In this document: positions 48,119-56,711 of the stretch, piece by piece
Numbering within the stretch: position 1 is the stretch's first letter
Layout: each line of letters opens with the position of its first letter
Source: Planctomycetota bacterium
Lineage (GTDB): Bacteria; Planctomycetota; UBA8742; UBA2392
DNA length: 64,000 nt
Assembly: GCA_016722065.1 (NCBI GenBank)
Contig: JADKGX010000002.1
Span: 778,256-842,255 of the forward strand
Direction of reading: 5' to 3'
Made by a program: the position numbers and the translations under genes
The notes under the pieces: generated by a model
What the model was told of the DNA's origin: nothing
The model's database searches: none
What the model saw: only the letters and a program-made list of their open reading frames with translations

Positions 48119-48765
48119 CTAGTATTCGCGGCGAAACAGCAGGGCCTGGCAGCCGGGGCCCACTTGCAGATTTTCAATCATCTGCATGTCCAGTGCATCG
48201 CAGGCGGCCGCAAAATCGTTCACCGTCCAGCGGCAGGCATAGACCGGACCAAAGGCCGTCGCTTCCCATTCCTGGCCCGGGCCAGTCAGCAATTCACGGC
48301 CAACACAGCGCCCATGCGCAGCACGCGGTGAACTTCCTGCAGTGCCTTCAGGCTTTGATCGCGCGGCAGGCGGCACAGCACACTTGCCGTCCAGGCCGCG
48401 TCAAAACTCGCCCGGTCAAAGGGCAAGTCGCGAATATCGGCACGCCGAAACACACCGGCAGCATATCGCAACTGCGCCAGTGTTATGGCGGCAGCGGATT
48501 GATCGACACCATGGGCCGAGGCGCCAAGTTGATCCAGATGGCTGCACAGCAAGCCCACTTCGTCGCCCAGCGCCAGCGTTACAGGAATGGGACGGCCCAC
48601 GCGCAGTACCAGCCGTTCCAGGGCGTTGGCGTCAACATTTCCGGCCGGGGCGCCAGCCAAACGAGCCAGCGACAGGGCTTCAAAACTAGCGTGAGTTAAA
48701 GAGACAGGGTCGTTCACCCCCACGTAATAGCTCGTGTGAACGACCCTGCCAGTCCTGTTGCGCAT
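48119..48765 (-). pseudogene. class I SAM-methyltransferase-like gene, apparently frameshifted, with a degenerate motif I
   Basis: ORF 48286..48765 ends ...LQEVHRVLRMGAVLAVNC*. The family-typical C-terminus (GRELLTGPGQEWE...NDFAAACDALDMQMIENLQV) continues in another frame in ORF 48119..48376. The motif I position reads TLALGDEVG rather than the usual LDLGCGTG type. Confidence 0.55.
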
Positions 48766-48780
48766 CCAGTTTTTGGGCGG

Positions 48781-49362
48781 CTAGCTTGTCGAAGCAAAGA
48801 ACTGCCGCATGTGTGACTTGGCACGTGACAAGCGCGACATCACTGTGCCCACAGGCACATTAAGCGTGTCGGCGATGTCCTGGTAACTCTTGTCACCTAC
48901 TGTGCTCATCAATAGCACATCGCGATAACGCTGGTCGAGTTCACTCAGACCGTGTTTGAGTTCCTGGGAAATGTTCTCGTGAAAGCTGTCTTCCAGCACC
49001 AGATCAGACGGCGCCATGGATTCCAGACCTTCGCGGACGCCCCAGACTGACTTGTTGGTCACAACGTCGCCAACATCCTCAAGGCGCACGCCGTCGGGCC
49101 GATTGCGCCGCCGCCGGTACGAGGAAATGTACAAGTTGAACTGCAGGCGGCTAAGCCAAGCCTTGAGATTCGTGCCGGGCTGGAACATGTGAAACTTGCG
49201 CATTCCAAGCATGTAGGTGTCCTGAACCAGGTCGTCTGCATCGGCGGCATTGCCGGTAAGGTGCAGGCCCTTGTTGAACAGGTAGGGCATCAACGGCAAG
49301 GCAGCGGCTTCGAAGTTCGGGTCCGTCTGGATGCCGGTATCCGTATAGGGTTCAAAGATCAT
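48781..49362 (-). CDS. ECF-type RNA polymerase sigma factor
   Basis: Region 2 is DLVQDTYMLGMRKFHMFQPGTNLKAWLSRLQFNLYISSYRR. Region 4 is YRDVLLMSTVGDKSYQDIADTLNVPVGTVMSRLSRAK. G+C is visibly lower than the flanks (30/60 and 33/60 in two counted lines). Confidence 0.88.
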   Translation of the reverse strand: MIFEPYTDTGIQTDPNFEAAALPLMPYLFNKGLHLTGNAADADDLVQDTYMLGMRKFHMFQPGTNLKAWLSRLQFNLYISSYRRRRNRPDGVRLEDVGDVVTNKSVWGVREGLESMAPSDLVLEDSFHENISQELKHGLSELDQRYRDVLLMSTVGDKSYQDIADTLNVPVGTVMSRLSRAKSHMRQFFASTS

Positions 49363-49659
49363 CTTGGTCTCGTTTCAGGCTCAGTTAGCAACTGACCGCA
49401 TGGTCACTTTGATTGGTTGATGGTGCATCAAAAAGGGACATGTATCAATAACAAACTTCTTGTTCGCCACATAAATGCCTAAATAGAGCCTTTTTCTAGC
49501 ACAGAATTCGTGGATAGGTCGTTTGAGATCCGTCAAAAATGACCCACTAGTCAGTTTGTCCTGTCGTCACTTTCCGATTGTTGATTGATGGGTGACCTCA
49601 AATCCAGCGTTGGTACATTGATGTCCAACGACTCTTTTCCGCAGCCAACGAGACCTCTC

Positions 49660-50841
49660 ATGCGCAACGCCGTCATCTGTGAAGCCGTCCGCACCCCCAC
49701 CGGCAAGTTTCAGGGATCGCTTTCCACTTTCTCTGCGCCGCAACTTGGCGCCGCTGCTATCAAGGCCTTGGTTGCCCGCACCAAACTTGACCCGTCAAGA
49801 GTAGACGAAGTCATCATGGGCAACGTGCTGCAAGCCGGCCTGGGACAGAACCCAGCCCGCCAGGCCGCGATTTTCAGCGGCCTGCCCGTCAAGGTGCCAG
49901 CCATGACCATCAACAAGGTCTGTGGCAGCGGCCTGAAAGCTGTGGTGCTTGCGGCCCAGGCGATTCGCGCCGGGGACGCCGATTGCATCATTGCCGGCGG
50001 CATGGAAAGCATGACCAACACGCCCTATGCCATGCCGGCCGCCCGCGCCGGCGCGCGCCTGGGCAACGTGCAGATGATTGACCTGATGATCAACGACGGC
50101 CTGTGGGACAAATACAACGATTACCACATGGGCATGACCGGCGAACTGGTGGCCGATGAATACAAGGTCAGCCGCGCCGACCAGGACGCTTTTGCCCTGC
50201 AAAGCCATCTGCGGGCGGCGGCAGCGATCAAAAGCGGCGCCTTCAAGGACGAAATCGTGGCCCTGGAACTCAAGGGCAAGAAGGGCGAAGTCAGCCTGTT
50301 TGACACCGACGAAACCGTGCGCGCCGACAGCACGATTGAGGCCCTGGCCAAGCTCAAGCCCGCGTTCAAGGAAGGCGGCACCGTCACGGCCGGCAACGCG
50401 CCCAGCGTCAATGACGGCGCAAGCGCCGTGCTGGTGGTCGCCGAGGACAAAGCCAAAGAACTGGGTTTGACACCCCTGGCGCGCATCACCGGTTACGCAA
50501 CCGGCGGTGTGGAGCCCAAGTGGGTCATGATGGCGCCGCTGGAGGCCGTCAAGAACCTTGAGAAGAAGACCGGCGTGAACGTGAGTGCCTATGATCTGGT
50601 GGAGTTCAATGAAGCCTTTGCCGTGGCGGCCGTCGCCCTCACGCGCACGCTTAAGCTGGACCCGGCCAAGGTGAACGTCAACGGCGGCGCGGTGGCGCTG
50701 GGCCACGCCATTGGCAGCAGCGGCAGCCGAATCCTGACAACGTTGATGTATGCGTTGCGCAAGCGCAGCTTGAAGAAGGGTCTGGCCGGCCTGTGCCTTG
50801 GTGGCGGCAACGCCGTCGCCGTGAGTATTGAGTTGATCTAA
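49660..50841 (+). CDS. acetyl-CoA C-acetyltransferase (thiolase II)
   Basis: VICEAVRTPTGKFQGSL, NKVCGSGLKAV (active-site Cys), NVNGGAVALGHAIGSSG and LCLGGGNAVAVSIE. ATG 49660. Confidence 0.93.
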   Translation: MRNAVICEAVRTPTGKFQGSLSTFSAPQLGAAAIKALVARTKLDPSRVDEVIMGNVLQAGLGQNPARQAAIFSGLPVKVPAMTINKVCGSGLKAVVLAAQAIRAGDADCIIAGGMESMTNTPYAMPAARAGARLGNVQMIDLMINDGLWDKYNDYHMGMTGELVADEYKVSRADQDAFALQSHLRAAAAIKSGAFKDEIVALELKGKKGEVSLFDTDETVRADSTIEALAKLKPAFKEGGTVTAGNAPSVNDGASAVLVVAEDKAKELGLTPLARITGYATGGVEPKWVMMAPLEAVKNLEKKTGVNVSAYDLVEFNEAFAVAAVALTRTLKLDPAKVNVNGGAVALGHAIGSSGSRILTTLMYALRKRSLKKGLAGLCLGGGNAVAVSIELI

Positions 50842-50865
50842 GAATTTGGCGGTTGGTTGGCAAAA

Positions 50866-50894
50866 GGGGCGGCCCAAGGGTCGCCCCGGTTTTT
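50866..50894 (+). terminator. rho-independent terminator after the thiolase gene
   Basis: Stem ggggcggccc / gggtcgcccc (50866-50887), followed by ggttttt. Confidence 0.75.
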
Positions 50895-51171
50895 GCAGGA
50901 CCCCAGGGTCAAACCAATGCCGGCCCCCGGGCGCCGGCAACCGCGCCCCCCCGGCGCACCCCGCGTCTCCCGGGGGCGGCGGTCTCAGCGGGTGATTTGG
51001 CGAAGTGCGGCTGTGGTCCGGTTCGAAGGTGGCCGGGGTCTTGCGAAAATGTGGCGTGGTTGGGGCGCGGAAGGGCGCGCGAGCCAGTGACACAAGTGCA
51101 GATCAAGCCGCTCCGAGACGCCGCCCGGGCCGAATGGCAACAGGAACCCGGGGCCGCAGGCCGGCGGCCGG

Positions 51172-51510
51172 TCAGTGGTCCTTGAACACTTCGCGTTCTT
51201 CGTACTCGATGTGCAGCAGGCGGCCGCGCACCCAGACGCGCCAATCGTCGGGAATTTCGGGCAGGCGCTGGTCGTCGATCAGGCGCGGGCCCCAGTGGCG
51301 TTCCAGTTCGTCAAACAGCAGGTCCTGGATCTCGCAGGCCACGCGGGCCATGTCGGCGGCGGACTTGCCAGCAACGTCGTGATCGCCGAACTGGATGGCG
51401 GATTCCTTGCGCGCCTGCAATTCGTCGTAGCGTTCGTCCAGCACACGGAACTTTTCCGTGAACTCCTTGGACGTGCGCACAATCAGGGTAACTCGTTCGC
51501 CATTGGCCAT
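51172..51510 (-). CDS. hypothetical small acidic protein, divergent from the sigma-54 activator
   Basis: ATG 51510 (MANGERVTLIVRTSKEF...) within ORF 51172..51681. Coding-like composition; no family recognised. Confidence 0.5.
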   Translation of the reverse strand: MANGERVTLIVRTSKEFTEKFRVLDERYDELQARKESAIQFGDHDVAGKSAADMARVACEIQDLLFDELERHWGPRLIDDQRLPEIPDDWRVWVRGRLLHIEYEEREVFKDH

Positions 51511-51671
51511 GCCCAATAACGTACCGGGCGGCGCGACAGTTTCAACTGGAAGTGACTGGCATGTTAGTTCGGCCCGAACCCCTTGAGTCCAAAAGCGTTT
51601 TGGCGGCAATTCGTTGTGGCCTGTCGACGCATCACGAAACGACGGGGAAACAAACGGACGCGCCCCACCCA

Positions 51672-51688
51672 CTGCAATCATTGCACCC
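51672..51688 (-). promoter_or_regulatory. candidate sigma-54 (-24/-12) promoter for the small divergent gene
   Basis: The minus strand reads GGGTGCAATGATTGCAG: GG and GC are spaced as in TGGCAC-N5-TTGC, and TTGCA matches exactly. The -24 half is imperfect (GGTGCA). It lies about 165 nt upstream of ATG 51510. Confidence 0.25.
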
Positions 51689-51732
51689 CGCGCTCGTAAC
51701 CATTACAACGTACGCGCTCACGAGCCCAACCT

Positions 51733-52737
51733 ATGGACCCCATGGCCGGTAACGAACCCACGATCACGAGCGCCTATCGCTCCGTTGGTGTCACGTTCGG
51801 CGCGCTGATCTGTGCCAGTGAGCTGTTTCGCGAAACCCTGCGCCTGGCCACCGGCGCAGCTACCAAAGACGTGGCGATACTCCTGCTGGGCGAGACCGGC
51901 ACCGGAAAGAACCTGATTGCCCAGGCCATTCACAACGCCAGCAAGCGCGCGCGCCGGCCCTTTGTCAGCGTGAATTGCAGCGCGATTCCAGACACGCTGC
52001 TGGAAAGCGAGTTGTTTGGCAGTGAAAAGGGCGCCTTCACCAGCAGCGACAAGCTGCGCAAGGGCAAGTTTGAACTGGCAGACGGCGGCACGCTGTTCCT
52101 GGACGAAATCGGCGACATGTCCAGCGTGGCCCAGGCCAAGGTCCTGCGCGCCTTTGAATACAAGCAGTTTGAACGCGTAGGTGGCGAGCAAACACTGCAT
52201 GCCGACGTGCGCATCATTGCGGCCACCAACCGGCCGATCGACAAACTGCTGGGCGACGGCCGCTTCAGGGAAGACCTGTTCTATCGCCTGAACGAATTCA
52301 CGATTGAGGTTCCGGCCCTTCGCAAGCGCCGTGAGGAAATCGAACCTCTTGCACAGCGGTTCATCGTGGAATGCAACGAGAAATTCGGCACGCACATCAA
52401 GGGCATGGAAACTGCGGCACTGGCGCGCATGAAGGAACACAGCTGGCCTGGCAACGTGCGTGAGTTGCGTGCCGTAATCAAGCGCGCGGCCGTGTCTGCG
52501 CCGGGCGACATGTTGCGTGCGGCCGACCTGCGGCTATCGCCGGCACCGGCGCCAAGTGACGACACCCCCACCGGCACAGGCGGCGATTCCTCGCTGGCTG
52601 GCGTCGAGGCCAAGCACATTGAGCGGGTACTGAACCAGACAGGCTGGAACAAGAAAGAATCCAGCACCATGCTGGGCATTTCACGCCCAACGCTGGACCG
52701 CAAGATCAGTGAGTACAATTTGAGAAAACCAGATTGA
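51733..52737 (+). CDS. sigma-54-dependent transcriptional activator, AAA+ and Fis-type HTH only (PspF-like, no sensory domain)
   Basis: LLLGETGTGKNLIA, ESELFGSEKGAFTSS (the GAFTGA loop reads GAFTSS), GTLFLDEIGDM, RIIAATN, FREDLFYRL and the C-terminal HTH STMLGISRPTLDRKI. Confidence 0.9.
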   Translation: MDPMAGNEPTITSAYRSVGVTFGALICASELFRETLRLATGAATKDVAILLLGETGTGKNLIAQAIHNASKRARRPFVSVNCSAIPDTLLESELFGSEKGAFTSSDKLRKGKFELADGGTLFLDEIGDMSSVAQAKVLRAFEYKQFERVGGEQTLHADVRIIAATNRPIDKLLGDGRFREDLFYRLNEFTIEVPALRKRREEIEPLAQRFIVECNEKFGTHIKGMETAALARMKEHSWPGNVRELRAVIKRAAVSAPGDMLRAADLRLSPAPAPSDDTPTGTGGDSSLAGVEAKHIERVLNQTGWNKKESSTMLGISRPTLDRKISEYNLRKPD

Positions 52738-52756
52738 GCGCACGACGGCTCAGCAT

Positions 52757-52950
52757 GGCAACGGCGCTTGGCCACGGATTACACGGAATTCACGGAGAAC
52801 TGCCAGCAAAGGTTAGTCCACTGCCTGTGCTGTTCTCCCGCCGTTGATCCGCCTGTACAGGACCACAGGTATTGCCACCTTCGTGCAAGGCGTTTGCCGT
52901 CGCCGATGTCCGTGAACTCCGTGTAATCCGTGGCAGACGCAGTTGCCGTT
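52757..52950. repeat. MITE-like inverted pair of the CGGA-array element filling a convergent spacer
   Basis: The left arm ggcaacggcgcttggccacggattacacggaattcacggagaac (52757-52800) matches the reverse complement of the right arm aacggcaactgcgtctgccacggattacacggagttcacggacatc (52906-52950). The 26-nt core has 1 mismatch and about 105 bp lies between the arms. Confidence 0.85.
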
Positions 52951-54302
52951 CAAAAACCCGTGGGGCTGGAAAAACGCCATTTCTTGACCTTCAGGTCCGG
53001 CACCACAAAGTTGCCACCGAACAGCGCCCCGCCCGTGGCGTGGGCTTCGTTGCCTACTGCCTCGATATCCGCAAAGGCCGACAAAAGGCTTTGAGTAAAG
53101 CGCATGTTCTTGACCGCGTGGCCGACCTTGCCGTTTTCAATCCAGTAGGTGCCCGCGCGCGTCATGCCCGTAATGCTGACATCCTGCGCATTGACAACGT
53201 TCGTGTAATGCAGCTTGCTGACAAGCAGGCCTTTCTTGGTGCTGCTGATCATGCTCGCCAGGCTGTCGCTGCCAGTTGCCACCACCAGGTTGTCGGGGCC
53301 GGGGCCGCCGCTGTCGGGTTGGGCGTTGGCGTGGCCGGTGTTCTGGCCGCCACACAGCGCTGCGCTGCGCCGGTCGTGGCACACCGCTGCCACTACGCCG
53401 CGATCCAGCAGTTTCACGCGCTGCTTGGCAAAACCCTCCAGGTCAAAGGGCGTGCCGCCAAGTTCCGGGTGGCTGGGGTCTTCGGTGATGCTGAGTTTGC
53501 TGTCCAGCAGCTTCTTGCCCAACTCGCCGCCGTGAAAGCTGCGTTTTTCTGCAAAGCTCAAGCCATTGCCGGCCAGCCAGCCATAAAACAGCACCATTTC
53601 AGCAACCGCTGCGGGCTCAAAGATCACCGTGTACTCGCCCGGATCCAGGTCCTTGGGGTTGCGAGCCGCAAGCGCTTTATCGGCGGCGCGCTTGCCTGTG
53701 GCCTCAATCTTCAAGCGGCCGACATCCAGGTCAAAACTCTCGGCCCAGCCTTCGACGGAACCGGCGTCGACAAAAGCAGAGACACTGAACTCGGCCTTGG
53801 TGCCGGCCTTGTAGCCAAACACGCCGCGGCTGTTGGCATAGCAGACGGAACCTTCGTCGGTATCGAAGATGCCCGCGCCCTCAATGCCCTGCTTGTCGTA
53901 GCCCGCCAGCACTTTTCCCACGGCATCGGCCCGCTGTGCCGGCGAAAACCTGGCCGTGGGTTCGCGCCAGGCGTTGACGCTTTCGTACTGGGGCTGCTTG
54001 TCCAGCATGGGCAGCAGGGTGTTGTCGTCACTGCTGACTTGGGCCACAGCCAGCGCACTTTTGACGCAGCGGCGCAGGCTGTCTTCATCAAACTGGTTGA
54101 CCGTTGCCACACCCTGGCGCTTGCCCTGGATCACACGCAGGCGCAGGGAATCGTTACTCAGGCCCACGTTCTGGGTGATTACGTTGTTTGAAAAGCGGGT
54201 GCTGTTGGTGGCGGCCGAAGTAAGAATCACCTCCGACTGTTCCGCATCCACCAGCGAGAAGACCTTCTTTACCAGCGATTGTGCCTGTTCACGCGTCAGC
54301 AT
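52950..54302 (-). CDS. TldD/PmbA-family metallopeptidase
   Basis: ATG 54302 (MLTREQAQSLVKKVFSL...) gives about 450 aa. The overall pattern fits the family (RFSNNVITQN, GVFGYKAG, GGTPFDLEG, and the C-terminal GNFVVPDLKV region). Confidence 0.85.
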   Translation of the reverse strand: MLTREQAQSLVKKVFSLVDAEQSEVILTSAATNSTRFSNNVITQNVGLSNDSLRLRVIQGKRQGVATVNQFDEDSLRRCVKSALAVAQVSSDDNTLLPMLDKQPQYESVNAWREPTARFSPAQRADAVGKVLAGYDKQGIEGAGIFDTDEGSVCYANSRGVFGYKAGTKAEFSVSAFVDAGSVEGWAESFDLDVGRLKIEATGKRAADKALAARNPKDLDPGEYTVIFEPAAVAEMVLFYGWLAGNGLSFAEKRSFHGGELGKKLLDSKLSITEDPSHPELGGTPFDLEGFAKQRVKLLDRGVVAAVCHDRRSAALCGGQNTGHANAQPDSGGPGPDNLVVATGSDSLASMISSTKKGLLVSKLHYTNVVNAQDVSITGMTRAGTYWIENGKVGHAVKNMRFTQSLLSAFADIEAVGNEAHATGGALFGGNFVVPDLKVKKWRFSSPTGF

Positions 54303-54412
54303 GGGCGGTTCCTTGGTTTGGCGGCATTGTAGCGCTAGGCCAGACCTTGCGACCTTTTTTTCAGGTCCGGGCCGATTGCCTGCGGCTATCTGCCAGAATC
54401 CGGCTTTGAAGT

Positions 54413-54437
54413 GAACCCTTGGGGCCTTGCACCCGTA
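54413..54437 (+). promoter_or_regulatory. candidate ECF-type promoter upstream of the ECF sigma gene
   Basis: GAAC (54413-54416), a 17-nt spacer, then CGTA (54434-54437), fitting the common ECF AAC...CGT architecture about 150 nt upstream of ATG 54585. Pattern match only. Confidence 0.25.
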
Positions 54438-54584
54438 TTTATCTGTACACGCAGCGCCATGGCCGTGCACCTTTGGTTGCCCGGCCTTGCCGCTGCCGAT
54501 TTTGGGTCTCAGCAGGGGCTTGGCGTGGCGGCTCTCACCCAGTCCGTTGACAATCGTGCCGCCGACAGGTCACCTTTTGTGACC

Positions 54585-55166
54585 ATGTCGGCGGGCGAAG
54601 ACAATTCCTATGAACTTGGGCTGATTTCCAAGGCGCGCAAAGGCGATGCCAACGCCTATGGCGAGCTCGTGGAAATGCACCAGAACCGCATTTACGCCAG
54701 CGTGGTGCGCGTGGTGCGCGACGAACACCGCGCCTTTGACATTGTGCAGGAAGCCTTTGTGCAGGCCTTTCGGGCCATTGACACCTATGAGGACCGCGCC
54801 AAGTTCAGTACCTGGCTGTACCGCATCGCGATGAACCTGATTACCAGCCACCACCGGCATGATTCAGCGCAGAAGCGCGGCGGCAACCAGACCCGCGCCA
54901 GCCTTGACGTAGAAGGCATGCCCGAGCCCGGCGCGGATGAACGCGACCCCGGCGATATGGCCGCAGCGGGCGAGATCGGCGTGATCGTGCGTGCCGCGAT
55001 TGACGAACTGGAAGACGAGTATCGCGAAGTGATCGTCATGCGTGACCTGCAGGACCTGAGTTACGAAGAAATCGCCGATATGCTGAAGGTGCCGCCCGGC
55101 ACTGTGCGCTCGCGCCTTCACCGTGGCCGCGAGAAACTCAAAGACAAGCTCAAGCACCTGTTGTAG
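54585..55166 (+). CDS. ECF-type RNA polymerase sigma factor (RpoE-like)
   Basis: Region 2 is YGELVEMHQNRIYASVVRVVRDEHRAFDIVQEAFVQAFRAIDTYEDRAKFSTWLYRIAMNL. Region 4 is YREVIVMRDLQDLSYEEIADMLKVPPGTVRSRLHRGR. ATG 54585. No obvious anti-sigma gene follows. Confidence 0.9.
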   Translation: MSAGEDNSYELGLISKARKGDANAYGELVEMHQNRIYASVVRVVRDEHRAFDIVQEAFVQAFRAIDTYEDRAKFSTWLYRIAMNLITSHHRHDSAQKRGGNQTRASLDVEGMPEPGADERDPGDMAAAGEIGVIVRAAIDELEDEYREVIVMRDLQDLSYEEIADMLKVPPGTVRSRLHRGREKLKDKLKHLL

Positions 55167-55268
55167 CGCCTCAGCTCGAGGCCGTTTTGGGTTTTGGATT
55201 TCGGCGCGCCGGGTATTAGGCTCCGAGCAGCCGTAATCGTTTCCTGAGACCGCATTCAAGGACCAACC

Positions 55269-55478
55269 ATGACCCGCTTCGAATACGCAACCGTAGAATG
55301 GCTGTGGGATGCCGGACAACTGCGCGCCGACCTGCCGGGTGGCAAGAACTTTGCCGCGCAAGGCGAGTATGCCGCAGTAGTTGACCTGCTGGGCAAGCTT
55401 GGCAAAGACGGCTGGGAAGTCATCACCTGCGTCAGCAACACCAACTGGTTGTTCTGGACGCTCAAGAGGCCCGCATGA
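55269..55478 (+). CDS. small protein, DUF4177-like (tentative)
   Basis: MTRFEYATVEW...LGKLGKDGWEVITCV resembles, from memory, the (F/Y)EYK...GWELV pattern. The stop overlaps the next start (ATGA). Confidence 0.5.
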   Translation: MTRFEYATVEWLWDAGQLRADLPGGKNFAAQGEYAAVVDLLGKLGKDGWEVITCVSNTNWLFWTLKRPA

Positions 55479-55843
55479 ACGCCAAAGTCAACCTGGCTGA
55501 AAAACTCGCCCTGGTGGACAAGCCGTTTTCGCCCAAGATTGTGGGCGAGGTTAACGAAAGCCTGGTCAAGGTCGCGCGCATCGAGGGTGCCTTTGTGTGG
55601 CATTCCCATGCCACGCAAGACGAGCTGTTCATGGTCGTGACCGGCCGGCTGGATGTTGAAATGCGCGACCGCACCGTATCTTTGGTTGCGGGCGAGATTT
55701 TCATCGTGCCGCGCGGCGTCGAACACCGCACCGTGGGCCAACCCAGCGCCGAAGTGCTGCTGCTGCAACCCGCTTCGCTGGTCAACACCGGGGCTGTGAC
55801 CAACCACCTTACCAGCCGCACGCAAGACCAGGAGCGCATCTGA
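55475..55843 (+). CDS. cupin-domain protein
   Basis: The two cupin motifs: FVWHSHATQDELFMVVTG and GEIFIVPRGVEHRT. 122 aa. Confidence 0.8.
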   Translation: MNAKVNLAEKLALVDKPFSPKIVGEVNESLVKVARIEGAFVWHSHATQDELFMVVTGRLDVEMRDRTVSLVAGEIFIVPRGVEHRTVGQPSAEVLLLQPASLVNTGAVTNHLTSRTQDQERI

Positions 55844-56631
55844 CCCCTGGCAACGGCGCGGACCCATTTGCGGCCTGGACGCAAGCCCTGCTGGGGCGCC
55901 GCCTGGCAGAGTTAACCCTGCGCGAAGTCGGCCGCGCGCTAAAGCAACTGACACAGGATTACGTCCAACGCCGCGAACGCCTTGAAGAAGGCGCCTTTGA
56001 GGGCCGCGGAAAACGCGCCGCCTTTGCCCTGTATTACGGCCCGCGACACTTTCTGCTGGTGCGCGAAGTGCTGCGACGGCTTTACACCGAACAGCCCCCC
56101 ACCGCGCCCCCGCCCGCCACGATTCTGGACCTTGGCTGCGGCACTGGTGTGGCCGGCGCGGCCTGGGCGCTTGCACTGGCCGACTTCAGCCAGGCCAGAC
56201 CACCCACGATTCTGGGTTGCGATGCCAACGACTGGGCGGTGGCAGAAGCCAGACACACCTTTGCCGACCTTGGGCTTCGCGGCGGTGCCTTGCGCACCGA
56301 AATCGCCCGCCTGCGTTGGCCCAAGGGCCCGCTGGCCGCGGTGGCAGCCTTCACCATCAACGAACTACCCCACGCGCAGCGCCAGACGTTGCAGAAGCGG
56401 CTGTTGGATGAAGCCGCGGCCGGCGGCCAGGTGTTGGTTCTGGAACCGCTGGCACGGCCGATCACCAAGGCCTGGTGGGATGACTGGGCCGCAGTATTCA
56501 AAAAACACGGCGGCCGCGCCGACGAATGGCACTTCGACCTGCCCCTGCCCGAGCGAATGCACGTGCTTGGCAAGGCGGCAGGCTTGAACCCGCGCGAATT
56601 GGGCGCACGCACGCTTTGGCTGGCCCGGTAG
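55840..56631 (+). CDS. SAM-dependent methyltransferase, Rsm22-like (tentative); probable CTG start
   Basis: ILDLGCGTGVAG is motif I. About 73 coding-looking in-frame codons precede the listed GTG 56059 (PFAAWTQALLGRRLAELTLREVGRALKQLTQDY...) with no ATG, GTG or TTG among them. CTG 55840 is preceded by AGGAG (55830-55834) at 5-nt spacing. Confidence 0.6.
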   Translation: MTPGNGADPFAAWTQALLGRRLAELTLREVGRALKQLTQDYVQRRERLEEGAFEGRGKRAAFALYYGPRHFLLVREVLRRLYTEQPPTAPPPATILDLGCGTGVAGAAWALALADFSQARPPTILGCDANDWAVAEARHTFADLGLRGGALRTEIARLRWPKGPLAAVAAFTINELPHAQRQTLQKRLLDEAAAGGQVLVLEPLARPITKAWWDDWAAVFKKHGGRADEWHFDLPLPERMHVLGKAAGLNPRELGARTLWLAR

Positions 56632-56711
56632 TGGTGGCGGTCACGCTTGTAGTTGGGGCGGCCGCGTCTCGACCCCCGGCACTTCCGTGCCCGGCTTCTG
56701 TGAAATCCAGG

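Noticed and set aside
51553-51572. TGGCATGTTAGTTCGG on the plus strand upstream of the sigma-54 activator gene as a -24/-12 promoter.
   Set aside because: The -12 position reads TTCG, with the GC dinucleotide inverted. This is weaker than the minus-strand candidate at 51672-51688.
54546-54574. TTGACA (54546-54551) as a sigma-70 -35 box for the ECF sigma gene.
   Set aside because: The best -10 at 17-nt spacing is TCACCT, which is poor, and it would give an essentially leaderless transcript 10 nt from the ATG. This is not convincing.
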